DNA from: Candidatus Thorarchaeota archaeon
GTDB lineage: Archaea > Asgardarchaeota > Thorarchaeia > Thorarchaeales > Thorarchaeaceae
Assembly: GCA_029855935.1 (NCBI GenBank)
Contig: JAGSHN010000004.1
Location: 32,001-96,000 of the forward strand
Direction: 5' to 3'
DNA length: 64,000 nucleotides
The translations under genes were made by a program, and so were the position numbers. Below the pieces are notes generated by a model. It was not told the origin of the DNA. It saw nothing but the letters and a program-made list of their open reading frames with translations, and did not search any database. Shown here one piece after another: positions 10,113-20,411 of this stretch (positions within the stretch are counted from its first letter, which is position 1; the number at the start of each line of letters is the position of its first letter).

Positions 10113-12101
10113 CTACTCGCGCTCTGCGACCAGCTTGTCGACAACAGACGGGTCGGCAAGGGTCGTGGTATCACCCAGGTCCTCCACATGACCCGCGGCA
10201 ATCTTCTTGAGGATACGCCTCATGATCTTGCCTGAGCGGGTCTTCGGTAGCGCGTCCGCGAACTGAATCTTCGCGGGAGTGGCAATTGGACCGACCTCTT
10301 TCCTGACGTGCTGGCGCAGCTCCTGCTTGAGCTCCTCAGAGCGCTGGACACCAGCCTTTAGCGTCACAAAGGCGTAGATGTCCTCCCCCTTGATCTCGTG
10401 CGGAAAGCCGACGACCGCAGCCTCCGCCACAGCAGGATGTGACACGAGCGCGCTCTCAATCTCAGCCGTGCCAAGCCTGTGGCCTGACACCTTCAGCACG
10501 TCGTCAATCCGACCCATGATGAAGTAGTAGCCATCCTCGTTGAACCGTGCGCCGTCGCCAGTCATGTACATTGGCCGGCCAGTCTCTGGATCCTTGTACT
10601 GGACCCAGTAGGTCTTGATGAAACGCTCATGGTCGCCGTACACAGTCCTCATGAGGCCAGGCCAAGGCTTCTTGATACAGAGATAGCCACCCTCATCGGG
10701 CCCGACAGGGTTGCCCGACTCGTCCACAATGAGTGGGTCGATGCCGAAGTATGGGAATGTGGCACTGCCTGGTATGAGATCGTCAGCACCCGGCAGCGGA
10801 GTAATGATGACACCACCCGTTTCGGTCTGCCAGTAGGTGTCGACAATCGGACATCGCTTCTTGCCCACGACCTCGTAGTACCAGATCCATGCCTCGGGGT
10901 TGATGGGCTCGCCGACCGTGCCCAACAGGTTGAGTGTCGACAGGTCGTGCTTCTTGACAGGCTCCTCACCGTAGCGCATCAGGGAGCGGATGGCAGTAGG
11001 TGCGGTGTAGAACTGGTTGACCTTCCAGCGCTCGACCTCCAGCCAGAAGCGGTCGACATCCGGATAGGTCGGCACGCCCTCGAACATCATTGTCGTGGCC
11101 CCAGCAGAGAGTGGACCGTAGACGATGTAGGAGTGGCCAGTGATCCAGCCGATGTCAGCAGTGCACCAGTAGACATCACCCGGATGCCAGTCGAATATGT
11201 GCAGGAAGGTGTGTGTCGTGTACACCATGTAGCCACCGAGCGTGTGAAGAACACCCTTTGGCTTGCCAGTCGAACCAGAGGTGTAGAGAATGAACAGTGG
11301 GTCCTCAGCATTCATCCACTCAGGATCGCACTTGTCGTCGACCTTCGCGTACTCCTCATGGTACCAGACATCACGTCCCTCGGTCCACGGGAGGTCGTCG
11401 CGGCCGACTCTCTTCACGACAAGGACCTTCTCGACAGGGGTGCCGTCGAGTGCCCTGTCAGCAGTTTCCTTCTGCTTGATGACCTTGCCGCTGCGGTAGT
11501 ATCCGTCAGCGGTCACGAGAAGCTTGCCCTTACAGTCGAGAATACGGTCGCGCAGTGAGTCGGAACTGAACCCGCCGAACACAATACTGTGAATGGCGCC
11601 AATTCGCACGCACGCAAGCATGATGATGGCAAGCTCGGGAATCATTGGTAGGTATATTGTGACACGGTCGCCCTTCTTGACGCCCAAGTTCTTCAGAACA
11701 TTCGCGGCCTTGTTGACCTCGCTCAGTAGCTGCTTGTATGTGTATGTCTTTGACTCGTCAAGAGGCTCGCCCTGCCAGATGAGAGCAATCTGGTCGCCCC
11801 TGCCAGCCTCGACATGCTTGTCAAGGCAGTTGTAGGCCAAGTTGGTGATACCGTCCTCGAACCATGTGAAGCGGGCGTTCTCGGGGTCCTTCCAGTCTAG
11901 GCCCTTCGTTGGCTCCTTCTTCCAGTAACAGTACTTCTTGGCAATCTCAAGCCAGAACTTGTCGGGGTTCTCTATCGATTCCTTCCAGAGCTTCATCCGT
12001 TCCTCGTGGCTCTTGATATAGGCCTTCTCGACGAAGCTCTTGGGAGGCGGGAACCTCCGCTCTTCGGTCGTAGTCACCGTGATCTTCTTCTCTTCACTCA
12101 A
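10113..12101 (-). CDS. acs: AMP-forming acetyl-CoA synthetase
   Basis: [44 protein letters not shown]. Confidence 0.97.
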   Translation of the reverse strand: MSEEKKITVTTTEERRFPPPKSFVEKAYIKSHEERMKLWKESIENPDKFWLEIAKKYCYWKKEPTKGLDWKDPENARFTWFEDGITNLAYNCLDKHVEAGRGDQIALIWQGEPLDESKTYTYKQLLSEVNKAANVLKNLGVKKGDRVTIYLPMIPELAIIMLACVRIGAIHSIVFGGFSSDSLRDRILDCKGKLLVTADGYYRSGKVIKQKETADRALDGTPVEKVLVVKRVGRDDLPWTEGRDVWYHEEYAKVDDKCDPEWMNAEDPLFILYTSGSTGKPKGVLHTLGGYMVYTTHTFLHIFDWHPGDVYWCTADIGWITGHSYIVYGPLSAGATTMMFEGVPTYPDVDRFWLEVERWKVNQFYTAPTAIRSLMRYGEEPVKKHDLSTLNLLGTVGEPINPEAWIWYYEVVGKKRCPIVDTYWQTETGGVIITPLPGADDLIPGSATFPYFGIDPLIVDESGNPVGPDEGGYLCIKKPWPGLMRTVYGDHERFIKTYWVQYKDPETGRPMYMTGDGARFNEDGYYFIMGRIDDVLKVSGHRLGTAEIESALVSHPAVAEAAVVGFPHEIKGEDIYAFVTLKAGVQRSEELKQELRQHVRKEVGPIATPAKIQFADALPKTRSGKIMRRILKKIAAGHVEDLGDTTTLADPSVVDKLVAERE

Positions 12102-12289
12102 CGTTGGTCACCCTAAACCAAGCATATGCTCTGCGCTCGCACGTCTATCACCGCATAATAAAGCTTGTCCAAACAGTTAGTGGAGAGAATGAAGAGATGC
12201 CTAGCAATGGGCGTAGTGCGGCGAGATCATAAGAAAGAGGCAGCGAGCCTCGTCCATTGAGGCTCGCCATCCAGACTCGGCCGATGAGC

Positions 12290-12868
12290 CTATTCGACAG
12301 GAAATGTTGGCCAACCATTCACCTCGGCCATAGCGAGATAGAACGCACTGGCACCACAGACTATTCCCTCGTATCCGGCAATTGTCCCAATGATGGGCGC
12401 TGCAGGATTGCCGATGAAGGTCAGGCCATCGGCGATAGCCAGAAGGAAGAAGAGAATCGCCAACGACAGAAACACGAACTGAAGGACACGATTGGTCTTC
12501 AGTGTGCCGAAGAACATGAGGAATGTGAAGATTCCCCAGCACACGAGATAGGCAGACATAGAGGCCTTGTCAGCAGCAGCAGTCCATGCTGGGTCGAAGG
12601 ACGAGAACAGATTCAGGAAGACGAAGGTCATCCAGAATAGGCCGTAAGACAGAAACGCAACCATCCCGAACGTGTTTCCCTTCTTGAACTCCATCACTCC
12701 CGCAAAGATCTGCGCCATGCCTCCATAGAATATGCCCATGGCGAAGATCACGGCCAGACTGGTCTCAGCAGGGATTATGCCTGCTGTCCGAAGATTCAGC
12801 AGCACCGTGGTCATGCCGAAGCCAATCAGACCTAGCGGAGCCGGATTCGCTAGTTCGTTTTCGCTCAT
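12290..12868 (-). CDS. satP: acetate uptake transporter (SatP/YaaH/GPR1/FUN34)
   Basis: [26 protein letters not shown]; multiple hydrophobic segments; upstream of acs. Confidence 0.93.
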   Translation of the reverse strand: MSENELANPAPLGLIGFGMTTVLLNLRTAGIIPAETSLAVIFAMGIFYGGMAQIFAGVMEFKKGNTFGMVAFLSYGLFWMTFVFLNLFSSFDPAWTAAADKASMSAYLVCWGIFTFLMFFGTLKTNRVLQFVFLSLAILFFLLAIADGLTFIGNPAAPIIGTIAGYEGIVCGASAFYLAMAEVNGWPTFPVE

Positions 12869-13029
12869 TCGGTGTAGCCTCCTTTTGGTGGAGAGGAAAT
12901 CTCGCGGTGGGTGAATCTACCCCCCTTATATCGATTCCCGTTTCTTGGCGTCCAAGGACACAACGTCCCCTCAATGTCCATCGCAACTTTTTTATCGCTT
13001 ACAAAACCCAACGTGCCAAGAGGCTGACT

Positions 13030-13107
13030 GGGCCCGTGGCTTAGACTGGTCATAGCACCGCTCTGATAAGGCGGGGGTCGCCGGTTCAAATCCGGCCGGG
13101 CCCACCA
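13030..13107 (+). tRNA. tRNA-Ile(GAT), CCA encoded
   Basis: GGGCCCG/CGGGCCC acceptor stem; CCGCT-CTGATAA-GGCGG anticodon arm; TTCAAAT T-loop. Confidence 0.96.
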
Positions 13108-13140
13108 CTACTTCTGCATACTTCTATACTGCAATCGTAG

Positions 13141-14034
13141 TCAGTGGCGAGAGAACACCTCAGGTGCCTCTCTTGCAATCTTGGCAAGAGACTGCTCCGC
13201 CTCGGCAGTCGTCAGCTCGAATACCAGAGGGCCAGCAAAGGAGTCCCGGAACAATTCCATCATGAAGTCTCTGACGGGCATCTCGCCCTCTCCAAGTGCA
13301 ATATGATCTCGGTGAACGGTCACACCGTCATACTCAGCATAGCTCCCATCGTGAAGATGTATCTCAGCGATGCGGTCCTTATGGCGCCGATAGAACTCAG
13401 TCACCGATTCGGTACCAGAGTAGTGTGTCAGGAGGTGACCCGTGTCAAAACAGATGCTGGTATCATACTCATCGACGAGTTCGCGTGTGAGGGCAAAGGG
13501 GAACTCGACGTTCTCAAGGGCCAGTCTTCGAGAACTGACCTCACTGCGCGTGATAATCTCCTCAAGACTCTGAGCAGCGATTCCATTCATCAGGGCACAT
13601 ATCACATTCACAATATTCTGTGGAAAGTCTAGTCGAGAGAACTCGGCAGCCAGAGCACCCGTTATGTGAAGTACCATGACCTCTGGCTCCAGCGGCTCCG
13701 CTAGGCGTATCGCGTCGACGATGGACTTCACGCTCGCACTCCGGACCGGCTCGTTGAAGCTCGCGGGCTCCAATGACCACAGGGGTAGATGGGCGGTATA
13801 TGATATTTCGAGCTCATCCTTCATGTCAGCCAGCTGGGAAACGACAGAGGGCGTCAATGCCTGCGGGATGATATGAGATATGTCCATCGAGATCTCGATG
13901 ACGGAGATATTCTCCATACTTGCTGCCTCACACACTATCTCAATCAGGTTGAAACGCGAGAAGTCGGGTACACCGTTCACAAGTATTCGCTCGGCTGCAG
14001 GACCAAACTCTAGAGGGACTATTCCAAACCTCAA
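13141..14034 (-). CDS. AP endonuclease 2 / xylose-isomerase-like TIM-barrel metalloenzyme (possibly CbiR-like)
   Basis: YTAHLP, LALENVE, CFDTGH, EIHLHD, DHIALGEG, LVFEL. Confidence 0.8.
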   Translation of the reverse strand: MRFGIVPLEFGPAAERILVNGVPDFSRFNLIEIVCEAASMENISVIEISMDISHIIPQALTPSVVSQLADMKDELEISYTAHLPLWSLEPASFNEPVRSASVKSIVDAIRLAEPLEPEVMVLHITGALAAEFSRLDFPQNIVNVICALMNGIAAQSLEEIITRSEVSSRRLALENVEFPFALTRELVDEYDTSICFDTGHLLTHYSGTESVTEFYRRHKDRIAEIHLHDGSYAEYDGVTVHRDHIALGEGEMPVRDFMMELFRDSFAGPLVFELTTAEAEQSLAKIAREAPEVFSRH

Positions 14035-14130
14035 CTCTTACTGAGCCCCCGGTATAGTGCGTGGGCTATTGAGGTCACACTCTAACGATTATCTCTTCCT
14101 GTTTCGGACTGGAAGAGCGAACCACAGAAC

Positions 14131-14619
14131 TCAGCGAGGGGATGGAAGTTTCACAAGCTCGTGCCGCTCAACGACGGGGTCGACCTCAAGGACCTCCACT
14201 TTGATCATCCTGTCACCCTGTCGGATGCTCTTAACGATATCAAAGCCCTCGACTACACGGCCAAACACAGTATGACGACCATCGAGATGACGACAGTTCT
14301 TCTCGTTCAGAACAATAAAGAACTGGCTACCACCAGTGTCACGCCCCGCGTGGGCCATTGAGAGGGCGCCATTGACGTGTTTCTGGCGGGGACCGTCTGT
14401 TTCGCAGGGAATTGCATAGCCAGGGCCACCAGTGCCATTGCCCAGCGGATCGCCGCCCTGTACGACGAAGTCGGGGACGACACGGTGGAAAGTCAGCCCG
14501 TCATAGAAGCCACTCCGAGCAAGCTCGACAAAGTTCTTGACGGTATTCACGGCGTCATCTGACCAGAGCTCAAGAAGGATTGTACCCCGCTCGGTCTCCA
14601 TTCGTACTCTAGTTGGCAA
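14131..14619 (-). CDS. cyclophilin-type peptidyl-prolyl isomerase
   Basis: [50 protein letters not shown]. Confidence 0.95.
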   Translation of the reverse strand: MPTRVRMETERGTILLELWSDDAVNTVKNFVELARSGFYDGLTFHRVVPDFVVQGGDPLGNGTGGPGYAIPCETDGPRQKHVNGALSMAHAGRDTGGSQFFIVLNEKNCRHLDGRHTVFGRVVEGFDIVKSIRQGDRMIKVEVLEVDPVVERHELVKLPSPR

Positions 14620-14739
14620 GGTCTCAACTCCAATTGACCGAGAGGCCTGTTGCCCCTATCGCTGGCGACTGGGAACCGGTCCTCTCGCTGGAGCACTACT
14701 TCCTCACCACTTATTAACAGACCGCTGCGGAGCAAATGA

Positions 14740-15942
14740 TTGATGACCGTTCTGAGAGAGTACACTGAGGGACTTGTTCGATTCCTCAGCGCGGACCTTG
14801 AGTACTACTGCGGAGGGAAACAGCAGGCCACAACAGATCTCCCAGTGTTCTACAATCCTAGAATGCAAGTCAACCGCGACCTCTCAGTGATCTTTCTCGC
14901 AGCATATATGGTCACACACAGAGTGGATAGAGTCTGTGAGCCTCTCGCGGGATCGGGTATCAGAACACTGAGGTATCTTACAGAGAGTCCGGGGGACTTC
15001 AAGGCCATCATGTTCGACAACAATCCCGAGGCGGTGAGGGTGGCAAGGGAGAACATCGAGATGAATGGCCTGCAGGACCGCGCCTCGGTCAGACGTGGAG
15101 ATGCAAGAGTCTTGTTGCTGACGGAGTCCAGATCGCTGCGATTCGACTTTGTTGATGTAGACCCATTTGGCTCGCCCGCCCCATTTGTCAACGCGGCAGT
15201 ACAGTCAATACTGCCTAGAGAGGGGCTGCTCGCCCTGACAGCAACCGATATGCCTGCTCTGTGTGGCATCTTCCCAGAAGTGGCGCAGCGCAAATACGGG
15301 GGCCTCTCAGTCCGCGCACCGTTCTCGCACGAGGCGGCGGCGAGGCTTCTGATAGGACTCGCAACATCGGTCGCAGGAATGAATGATGCCTCAATCGAGC
15401 CGTTGGCCAGCCTCAGTACAGATCACTACGTGAGGGTCTGGTTGCATCTCAGAGCAAGCAAGTCAACGGCCAATGTTCATGCGAGAGAGAGGGGGATCAT
15501 AAGATACTGCCAGCAGTGTTCAAGTTTTGATGTGCAGCCATTGGCCGAGGCCACGACCGATTCGCCTCTCCAGCATGTGCCCGGATGCAGGGGAGAGGTC
15601 AGGGCGGCTGGCCCGCTGTGGATTGGCAGTCTATACAACACCGAGTTCCTGGAGCATGCTCAGACATGCGACGTCAACAGGGATGTTCTGCACAAGAGGA
15701 GCGGAAAGATACTTGAGCTGATGCGGCAAGAGGCGGCAATGACAAGATGGCCCTATATTGACCTTCATGCCCTGTGCGACATATACGGACTCTCACCGCC
15801 TAAGATGGCGCACGTGATGGAGACTCTGATAGAGCAGGGCTACAAGACGGTGAGAACACACTTCAGACCAACGGCCATCCGGACGACCGCATCGGTGGCC
15901 GACGTACTGACCGTACTGAGGAGCCTCAGAGGAGGCGGATGA
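14740..15942 (+). CDS. trm1: tRNA (guanine26-N2)-dimethyltransferase
   Basis: VFYNPRMQVNRDLS, GSGIR.LRY, DVDPFGSP, TATDM. Confidence 0.95.
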   Translation: MMTVLREYTEGLVRFLSADLEYYCGGKQQATTDLPVFYNPRMQVNRDLSVIFLAAYMVTHRVDRVCEPLAGSGIRTLRYLTESPGDFKAIMFDNNPEAVRVARENIEMNGLQDRASVRRGDARVLLLTESRSLRFDFVDVDPFGSPAPFVNAAVQSILPREGLLALTATDMPALCGIFPEVAQRKYGGLSVRAPFSHEAAARLLIGLATSVAGMNDASIEPLASLSTDHYVRVWLHLRASKSTANVHARERGIIRYCQQCSSFDVQPLAEATTDSPLQHVPGCRGEVRAAGPLWIGSLYNTEFLEHAQTCDVNRDVLHKRSGKILELMRQEAAMTRWPYIDLHALCDIYGLSPPKMAHVMETLIEQGYKTVRTHFRPTAIRTTASVADVLTVLRSLRGGG

Positions 15943-15943
15943 T

Positions 15944-16561
15944 ATGGGTCGGCCAAAGAAGGACAGACGAGAGGAGCACTACTACAGGCAGGCGAAACGG
16001 CACGGCTATAGAGCACGGTCCGCGTACAAGCTCAAGCAGATCATCCGCAGGTTCAACCTCTTAAGGGGCGTTGACAAGGTCGTCGAGTTGTGTTCCAGTC
16101 CCGGAGGATGGACACAAGTCCTCATGGAGATGGGGCAGAACCTTGAGATCGTAGCAGTCGACCTCACACCGATGATGCCAATCGCTGGAATACATTTCAT
16201 TCAGGGCGATATCACAGAGGAGGCCACACTAGAACAGATAGTCAATGTGATGCGCGGGAGTGCTGACCTCGTTGTGGCCGACTGCTCACCCAAAGTCAGC
16301 GGCCACTGGGAACTCGATGTGGCCAGACAGCTGGAACTCGCAAGACGTACCCTAGAGATAGGACAGAGATTGCTGGGGCCACAGGGAAAAGTCGTCACAA
16401 AGGTATTTCAGGGGCCGGGATTCCAAGAGCTCATGAGAGAGGTACGGCAGACCTTCTCCACTGTACGTCTTGTCAAGCCAGATGCATCGCGACGAACAAG
16501 TGCCGAGATCTATCTCGTGGCCATCGGTCCGAGGCGACAGTACAGCGACGACGAGCTATGA
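15944..16561 (+). CDS. rlmE: 23S rRNA 2'-O-methyltransferase RlmE (RrmJ/FtsJ)
   Basis: GYRARSAYKL, SPGGWTQV, KVFQG, KPDASRRTSAEIY. Confidence 0.93.
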   Translation: MGRPKKDRREEHYYRQAKRHGYRARSAYKLKQIIRRFNLLRGVDKVVELCSSPGGWTQVLMEMGQNLEIVAVDLTPMMPIAGIHFIQGDITEEATLEQIVNVMRGSADLVVADCSPKVSGHWELDVARQLELARRTLEIGQRLLGPQGKVVTKVFQGPGFQELMREVRQTFSTVRLVKPDASRRTSAEIYLVAIGPRRQYSDDEL

Positions 16562-16927
16562 CGACGTGTTGGCGCCCAATATCCACTCCTCAAGACTCTT
16601 GCATGACAGCGGAGAGTCAGGCTGACGTGCACCGCATCTTGAGATCTTCAGGCAGTGGAAGCATGGGCAGCCATTCAGGTCCGATAGACGAGTGTGCTCC
16701 TCTGATGTCACCTGCCCCCGAAGTATGTATCTTGTCTGTTCCAAATCCTGTTTCTGCATTACTTGTCCCTCTGATATGAGCTGTTCCATGGTCGTCTGTA
16801 TTTCGCTGGTGTCAATTGCAAGAGTATCGGTCAATTCCTCGAACAGTAGCCCCCTGCTTCCTGCGGCTCTGAGAGCATCCAGGATACGGTCGGCTACTTT
16901 CATTTCAATGACCTTGTGAATAGACAC
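16556..16927 (-). CDS. TFE-beta / RNA polymerase III RPC34 homologue (wHTH plus Fe-S domain)
   Basis: N-terminal winged helix; C-terminal PCFHC...C...PLSC..LEEW; near trm1 and gar1. Confidence 0.8.
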   Translation of the reverse strand: MSIHKVIEMKVADRILDALRAAGSRGLLFEELTDTLAIDTSEIQTTMEQLISEGQVMQKQDLEQTRYILRGQVTSEEHTRLSDLNGCPCFHCLKISRCGARQPDSPLSCKSLEEWILGANTSS

Positions 16928-17059
16928 ACGACAAGAGTAGACGAATTACGCGGCCCCATATTTAATGTTCGGAAGCTGCCAGTCCACTAGCGTATCACAT
17001 GGTACTAACTTGTGCATAGATGAACATTTCGAACAGGGAATGCGTGTACAAGCGACTAA

Positions 17060-17410
17060 TCATGGCCGACGCTCCCGTCGGCGTTTCTGCTCCACGGTAT
17101 AGAGTGCCGCGCCAATGAGACTATGAGGCCAGTCCTCCGGCAGTGCCTTGGCCAGCGGCGTGCGGGAAGAACGGGATGCCGAGCCGATCTTTCGTGATGA
17201 GCGGGCTTTGCGCTCGGCAATCTCCTGCGGCGAGTAGGGACGTACTGCAACATAGGGATGTTTCACGGGACCAAAGACATCAACAATCATCCCCACCGGT
17301 TCGACGCGCTTGTCAACCACCTCGACGCCCAGAGGGGGCGGCCGATCGCATCGCAGAATGATGGTGCCACGCTTCGATATGTGGCTGACAGTTCCGACAC
17401 GACGGGGCAT
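17060..17410 (-). CDS. gar1: H/ACA RNP subunit Gar1
   Basis: VGMIVDVFGPVKHPYVAV; follows srp19. Confidence 0.88.
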   Translation of the reverse strand: MPRRVGTVSHISKRGTIILRCDRPPPLGVEVVDKRVEPVGMIVDVFGPVKHPYVAVRPYSPQEIAERKARSSRKIGSASRSSRTPLAKALPEDWPHSLIGAALYTVEQKRRRERRP

Positions 17411-17417
17411 TCACTAT

Positions 17418-17777
17418 TCACCTGCGTTTGCGGCCCTTCTTCTTCTTGCTGCGCTTCTCTGCTGCGGCCCTTGCAGCCTCACGCTGCGCCACCAGCCTAC
17501 GTACGCCCTTCGCGAGCACTAACAGGAGCCTCTTCTTCTTGTGCCCTGCCGGGTTGCTCACAACAATGTAGCCAGTTTCTCGCGTCCAGTCACGAGGATA
17601 CCTCTTCTCAGGATGTGGTTCGACCTCAAGCCCAGCAGAGCGTGCAGCGGCGGCAAGGATGTCGAGAGTGACATTTGGAGCAGCCAAGTTCGAGGGGATT
17701 CTTCGGCCCTGCGACCTTGACAGTGTTGAGTCTAGGTAGACGGGCCAGACTATGACCTTTCCCTCGTGCGGACGCAT
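17418..17777 (-). CDS. srp19: signal recognition particle protein SRP19
   Basis: IVWPVYLDSTLSRSQGRRIP, KRYPRDW. Confidence 0.95.
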   Translation of the reverse strand: MRPHEGKVIVWPVYLDSTLSRSQGRRIPSNLAAPNVTLDILAAAARSAGLEVEPHPEKRYPRDWTRETGYIVVSNPAGHKKKRLLLVLAKGVRRLVAQREAARAAAEKRSKKKKGRKRR

Positions 17778-17900
17778 TTCTGCTCAGCCTCATTGTTGAG
17801 AGCAAAACGCGGTCTTTTTATCTTTGCCATAGAGTATTGAGGACCTGACCCGCCTTTGTGGCGAAATGAGCACATTGAGAGTCTCGTGGAGTCGTAGACC

Positions 17901-18383
17901 GTGGTACGAAAGAGCAAGGATGTCTACTTTGCAGAAATAGCTGATCTCGTTTCCTCACGGAGCACGTGCCTCAGAAACCAAGTGGGAGCAGTGTTGGTCA
18001 AGGATGGACAGATACTCTCCACCGGGTACAATGGCGCGCCTCGCGGGCTGCCACACTGTAGCGAGGTGGGCTGCCTTCGCGAGCGGTTGGGAGTGCCTCC
18101 GGGGGAACGACACGAGTTGTGCAGAGGACTCCATGCCGAGCAGAACGCCATAATACAGGCTGCATACCACGGGGTAAGCGTGAGAGGGGCGATACTCTAC
18201 TGCACCACACGGCCGTGCAGCATATGTACAAAGATGCTGATTAACGCGGGGATTGAAGAGATAATCTACATTGAGGAGTATGACGATAAGCTTGCAGCTG
18301 AGCTCGTCAAGGAGGCCGGGCTAAAGATTCGTAGAGTAGATGTCCCGCGTCGCTACGGCAGGACGGCCAGACAGGCAGACTAG
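17901..18383 (+). CDS. dCMP deaminase family protein
   Basis: [27 protein letters not shown]. Confidence 0.92.
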   Translation: MVRKSKDVYFAEIADLVSSRSTCLRNQVGAVLVKDGQILSTGYNGAPRGLPHCSEVGCLRERLGVPPGERHELCRGLHAEQNAIIQAAYHGVSVRGAILYCTTRPCSICTKMLINAGIEEIIYIEEYDDKLAAELVKEAGLKIRRVDVPRRYGRTARQAD

Positions 18384-18460
18384 TGACCGCAAGACTGTCT
18401 GAAAACGCTTAAAGCAATGTACATCATCAACAGGTCAAACATCGTGAAGAGTGAGCCTGA

Positions 18461-19375
18461 ATGGGTGTTCTGCACAATCTCATTAGCATTCAGGACCTCA
18501 CACGGGATACCATAGACATGATTCTTGACCACGCGCGGGACATGGAGCCTCTCGCCGTCAAGAGGAGCAAGGTGCTCGACGGAAAGATCATGGCCTGCCT
18601 GTTCTTCGAGCCATCCACGCGCACTAGACTCTCCTTCGAGAGTGCTATGCTGCGCCTTGGAGGGAGTGTGTTGGGGTTTGCCGAGGCGGGCGTGTCCAGT
18701 GCAGGAGGCAAGGGCGAGACCCTTGCTGATACGATAAGAACAGTGGAACGCTACGCTGATGTGATTGTCATTAGGCATCCCCTTGATGGGTCCGCGAGAG
18801 TCGCTGCGGAGTTCGCCACCTGTCCGGTCGTCAATGCTGGCAGCGGCGCAGAGGAGCATCCGACACAGGCGCTCTTGGACCTATACTCGATTCGTAGGAT
18901 GAAGGGATGCATTGACGGACTCACTATCTCGTTGTGTGGGGATTTGAAGTTTGGCAGGACTGTGCACTCGCTTGCGATGGCGCTGACAATGTATGATGTG
19001 GATATGATACTCGCGGCGCCGAAACAACTGCGAATGAAGCCCTCCATCATTGCCGAGATGGAGAAGGCGGGGGTCAGGGTTCGACAGGTGAATCATATAG
19101 AGGATGCATTACAGGACGCCGACGTTGTGTATATGACCCGTATTCAGAAGGAGAGATTTCCAGACATCCGTGAGTACAATGCTGTAAGGGGCCACTTCAG
19201 GTTGAGGAGAGAGGACCTCGAACTGCTCAAGAAGGATGCCATCATCCTTCATCCCCTACCACGCGTCGACGAGCTGGATCCGGACATTGATGACTCACCT
19301 CACGCAAAGTACTTCGAGCAAGTTGAGGCAGGTGTTGTCACAAGAATGGCAATCCTTGACCTCATCCTCGGTTGA
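18461..19375 (+). CDS. pyrB: aspartate carbamoyltransferase catalytic subunit
   Basis: FFEPSTRTRLSF, HPTQALLD, GDLKFGRTVHS, HPLPR. Confidence 0.97.
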   Translation: MGVLHNLISIQDLTRDTIDMILDHARDMEPLAVKRSKVLDGKIMACLFFEPSTRTRLSFESAMLRLGGSVLGFAEAGVSSAGGKGETLADTIRTVERYADVIVIRHPLDGSARVAAEFATCPVVNAGSGAEEHPTQALLDLYSIRRMKGCIDGLTISLCGDLKFGRTVHSLAMALTMYDVDMILAAPKQLRMKPSIIAEMEKAGVRVRQVNHIEDALQDADVVYMTRIQKERFPDIREYNAVRGHFRLRREDLELLKKDAIILHPLPRVDELDPDIDDSPHAKYFEQVEAGVVTRMAILDLILG

Positions 19376-20096
19376 ACTGGCTGTCATCGCGAAGGTGCCT
19401 GACCAAGGTTTCCGTTGAGGCAATCCTGCACACACCGAGCGGGATACGCATCTGTTCAGCGAGGTCTATCGCGAGCCGGTCCACAGAGCTCGCTCCGTGA
19501 AGGACCACAAGTGAGGGCTTGAACTCCTGCGACCGTATCGCAATCATTGCGGCACGTCCGGTACTGACCCGGGTGAAGATGATACATCGTTCGGTAGTCG
19601 CGCCAAAGAGCTTGAGAAAAGCATCGCTATTCAGCTCCTTCACCGCGCGCTCGATGTCAACGAGAGTAAAGCCGTAGATGTCGCGATCAAGATACTGTGA
19701 GCCCGCTATCACATCGCAGTCGAGTATCTCACAGAACCTACGCGCCGTAATAGGCGAACTGAACTCCCTCATTGCGAGAACGATGTTCAGGTCGACAAGG
19801 TCGACATCCATCATACGACCATACGCGGAGATCACCTGACCGCCATTCTGTTCATCGAGTTCAAGAAGTGCCTGTACAAAGCGGCGAATTGTGGTAGTTC
19901 CTGGCGATTTCCTCCGACCAGACTCGTAGTCGCTGATGACACTGGGACTGATGTTGAGGTGGTCAGCAAGCGCCGCCTGAGGAATTCGAAATCGCTCTCG
20001 CCAGACACGCATCATGTGTCCCGGATGGTCGGAGAGAGCAATCTCACCAGCAATCCTTCGAGCAAGCTGTTCCCGGACAGTAGTATGTAGCGACAT
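19362..20096 (-). CDS. archaeal XRE-HTH transcriptional regulator (COG1709-like)
   Basis: IAGEIALS, SPSVISDYESGRRKSPG, IFTRVSTGR; start moved to ATG 20096 because the longer ORF overlaps tRNA-Pro. Confidence 0.88.
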   Translation of the reverse strand: MSLHTTVREQLARRIAGEIALSDHPGHMMRVWRERFRIPQAALADHLNISPSVISDYESGRRKSPGTTTIRRFVQALLELDEQNGGQVISAYGRMMDVDLVDLNIVLAMREFSSPITARRFCEILDCDVIAGSQYLDRDIYGFTLVDIERAVKELNSDAFLKLFGATTERCIIFTRVSTGRAAMIAIRSQEFKPSLVVLHGASSVDRLAIDLAEQMRIPLGVCRIASTETLVRHLRDDSQFNRG

Positions 20097-20235
20097 AGTG
20101 ACCACAAGTTCACCCGAGGCGCAGAGGCGAGATAGCACGCCAGCCCCGACTATAGCAGAGTAGTGGAGTGAGAGATAACGATTTCGGCAACGAAGAGCTG
20201 CACGGGCAGAGTTTCGCGGAGAAGTAGAGAGATGT

Positions 20236-20341
20236 TGGTGGGCCGGACGAGATTTGAACTCGCGACCTCTTGGATGCTTGCTCTGGGACAACAGTCACAG
20301 AGTCCCAAACCAAGCGTCATACCAAGCTAGACCACCGACCC
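20236..20341 (-). tRNA. tRNA-Pro(TGG) with 29-nt intron at 37/38 (20275..20303)
   Basis: GGGTCGG/CCGGCCC acceptor; CTTGG-TTTGGG^T-CCAAG anticodon arm; BHB with central TTTG/CAAG helix and CTCTG/CAGAG outer helix. Confidence 0.93.
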
Positions 20342-20411
20342 ACGGTCTATCGTCTTCTCTTCACGATTTCGATATAAGAATAGCGGAGTCGACAGACCTT
20401 CATTAGTGGCC

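Noticed and set aside
10629-11558. 309-aa + strand ORF, and similar long ORFs at 33349..34077 and 45204..45920
   Set aside because: Antisense shadows of acs, the SPOUT gene and map; no motifs of their own
19362-20291. Long N-terminal extensions in the ORF track (HTH regulator, archease, GH31, pyrD, Sm, map B)
   Set aside because: They overlap tRNAs, promoters or divergent genes; downstream starts fit family N-termini better
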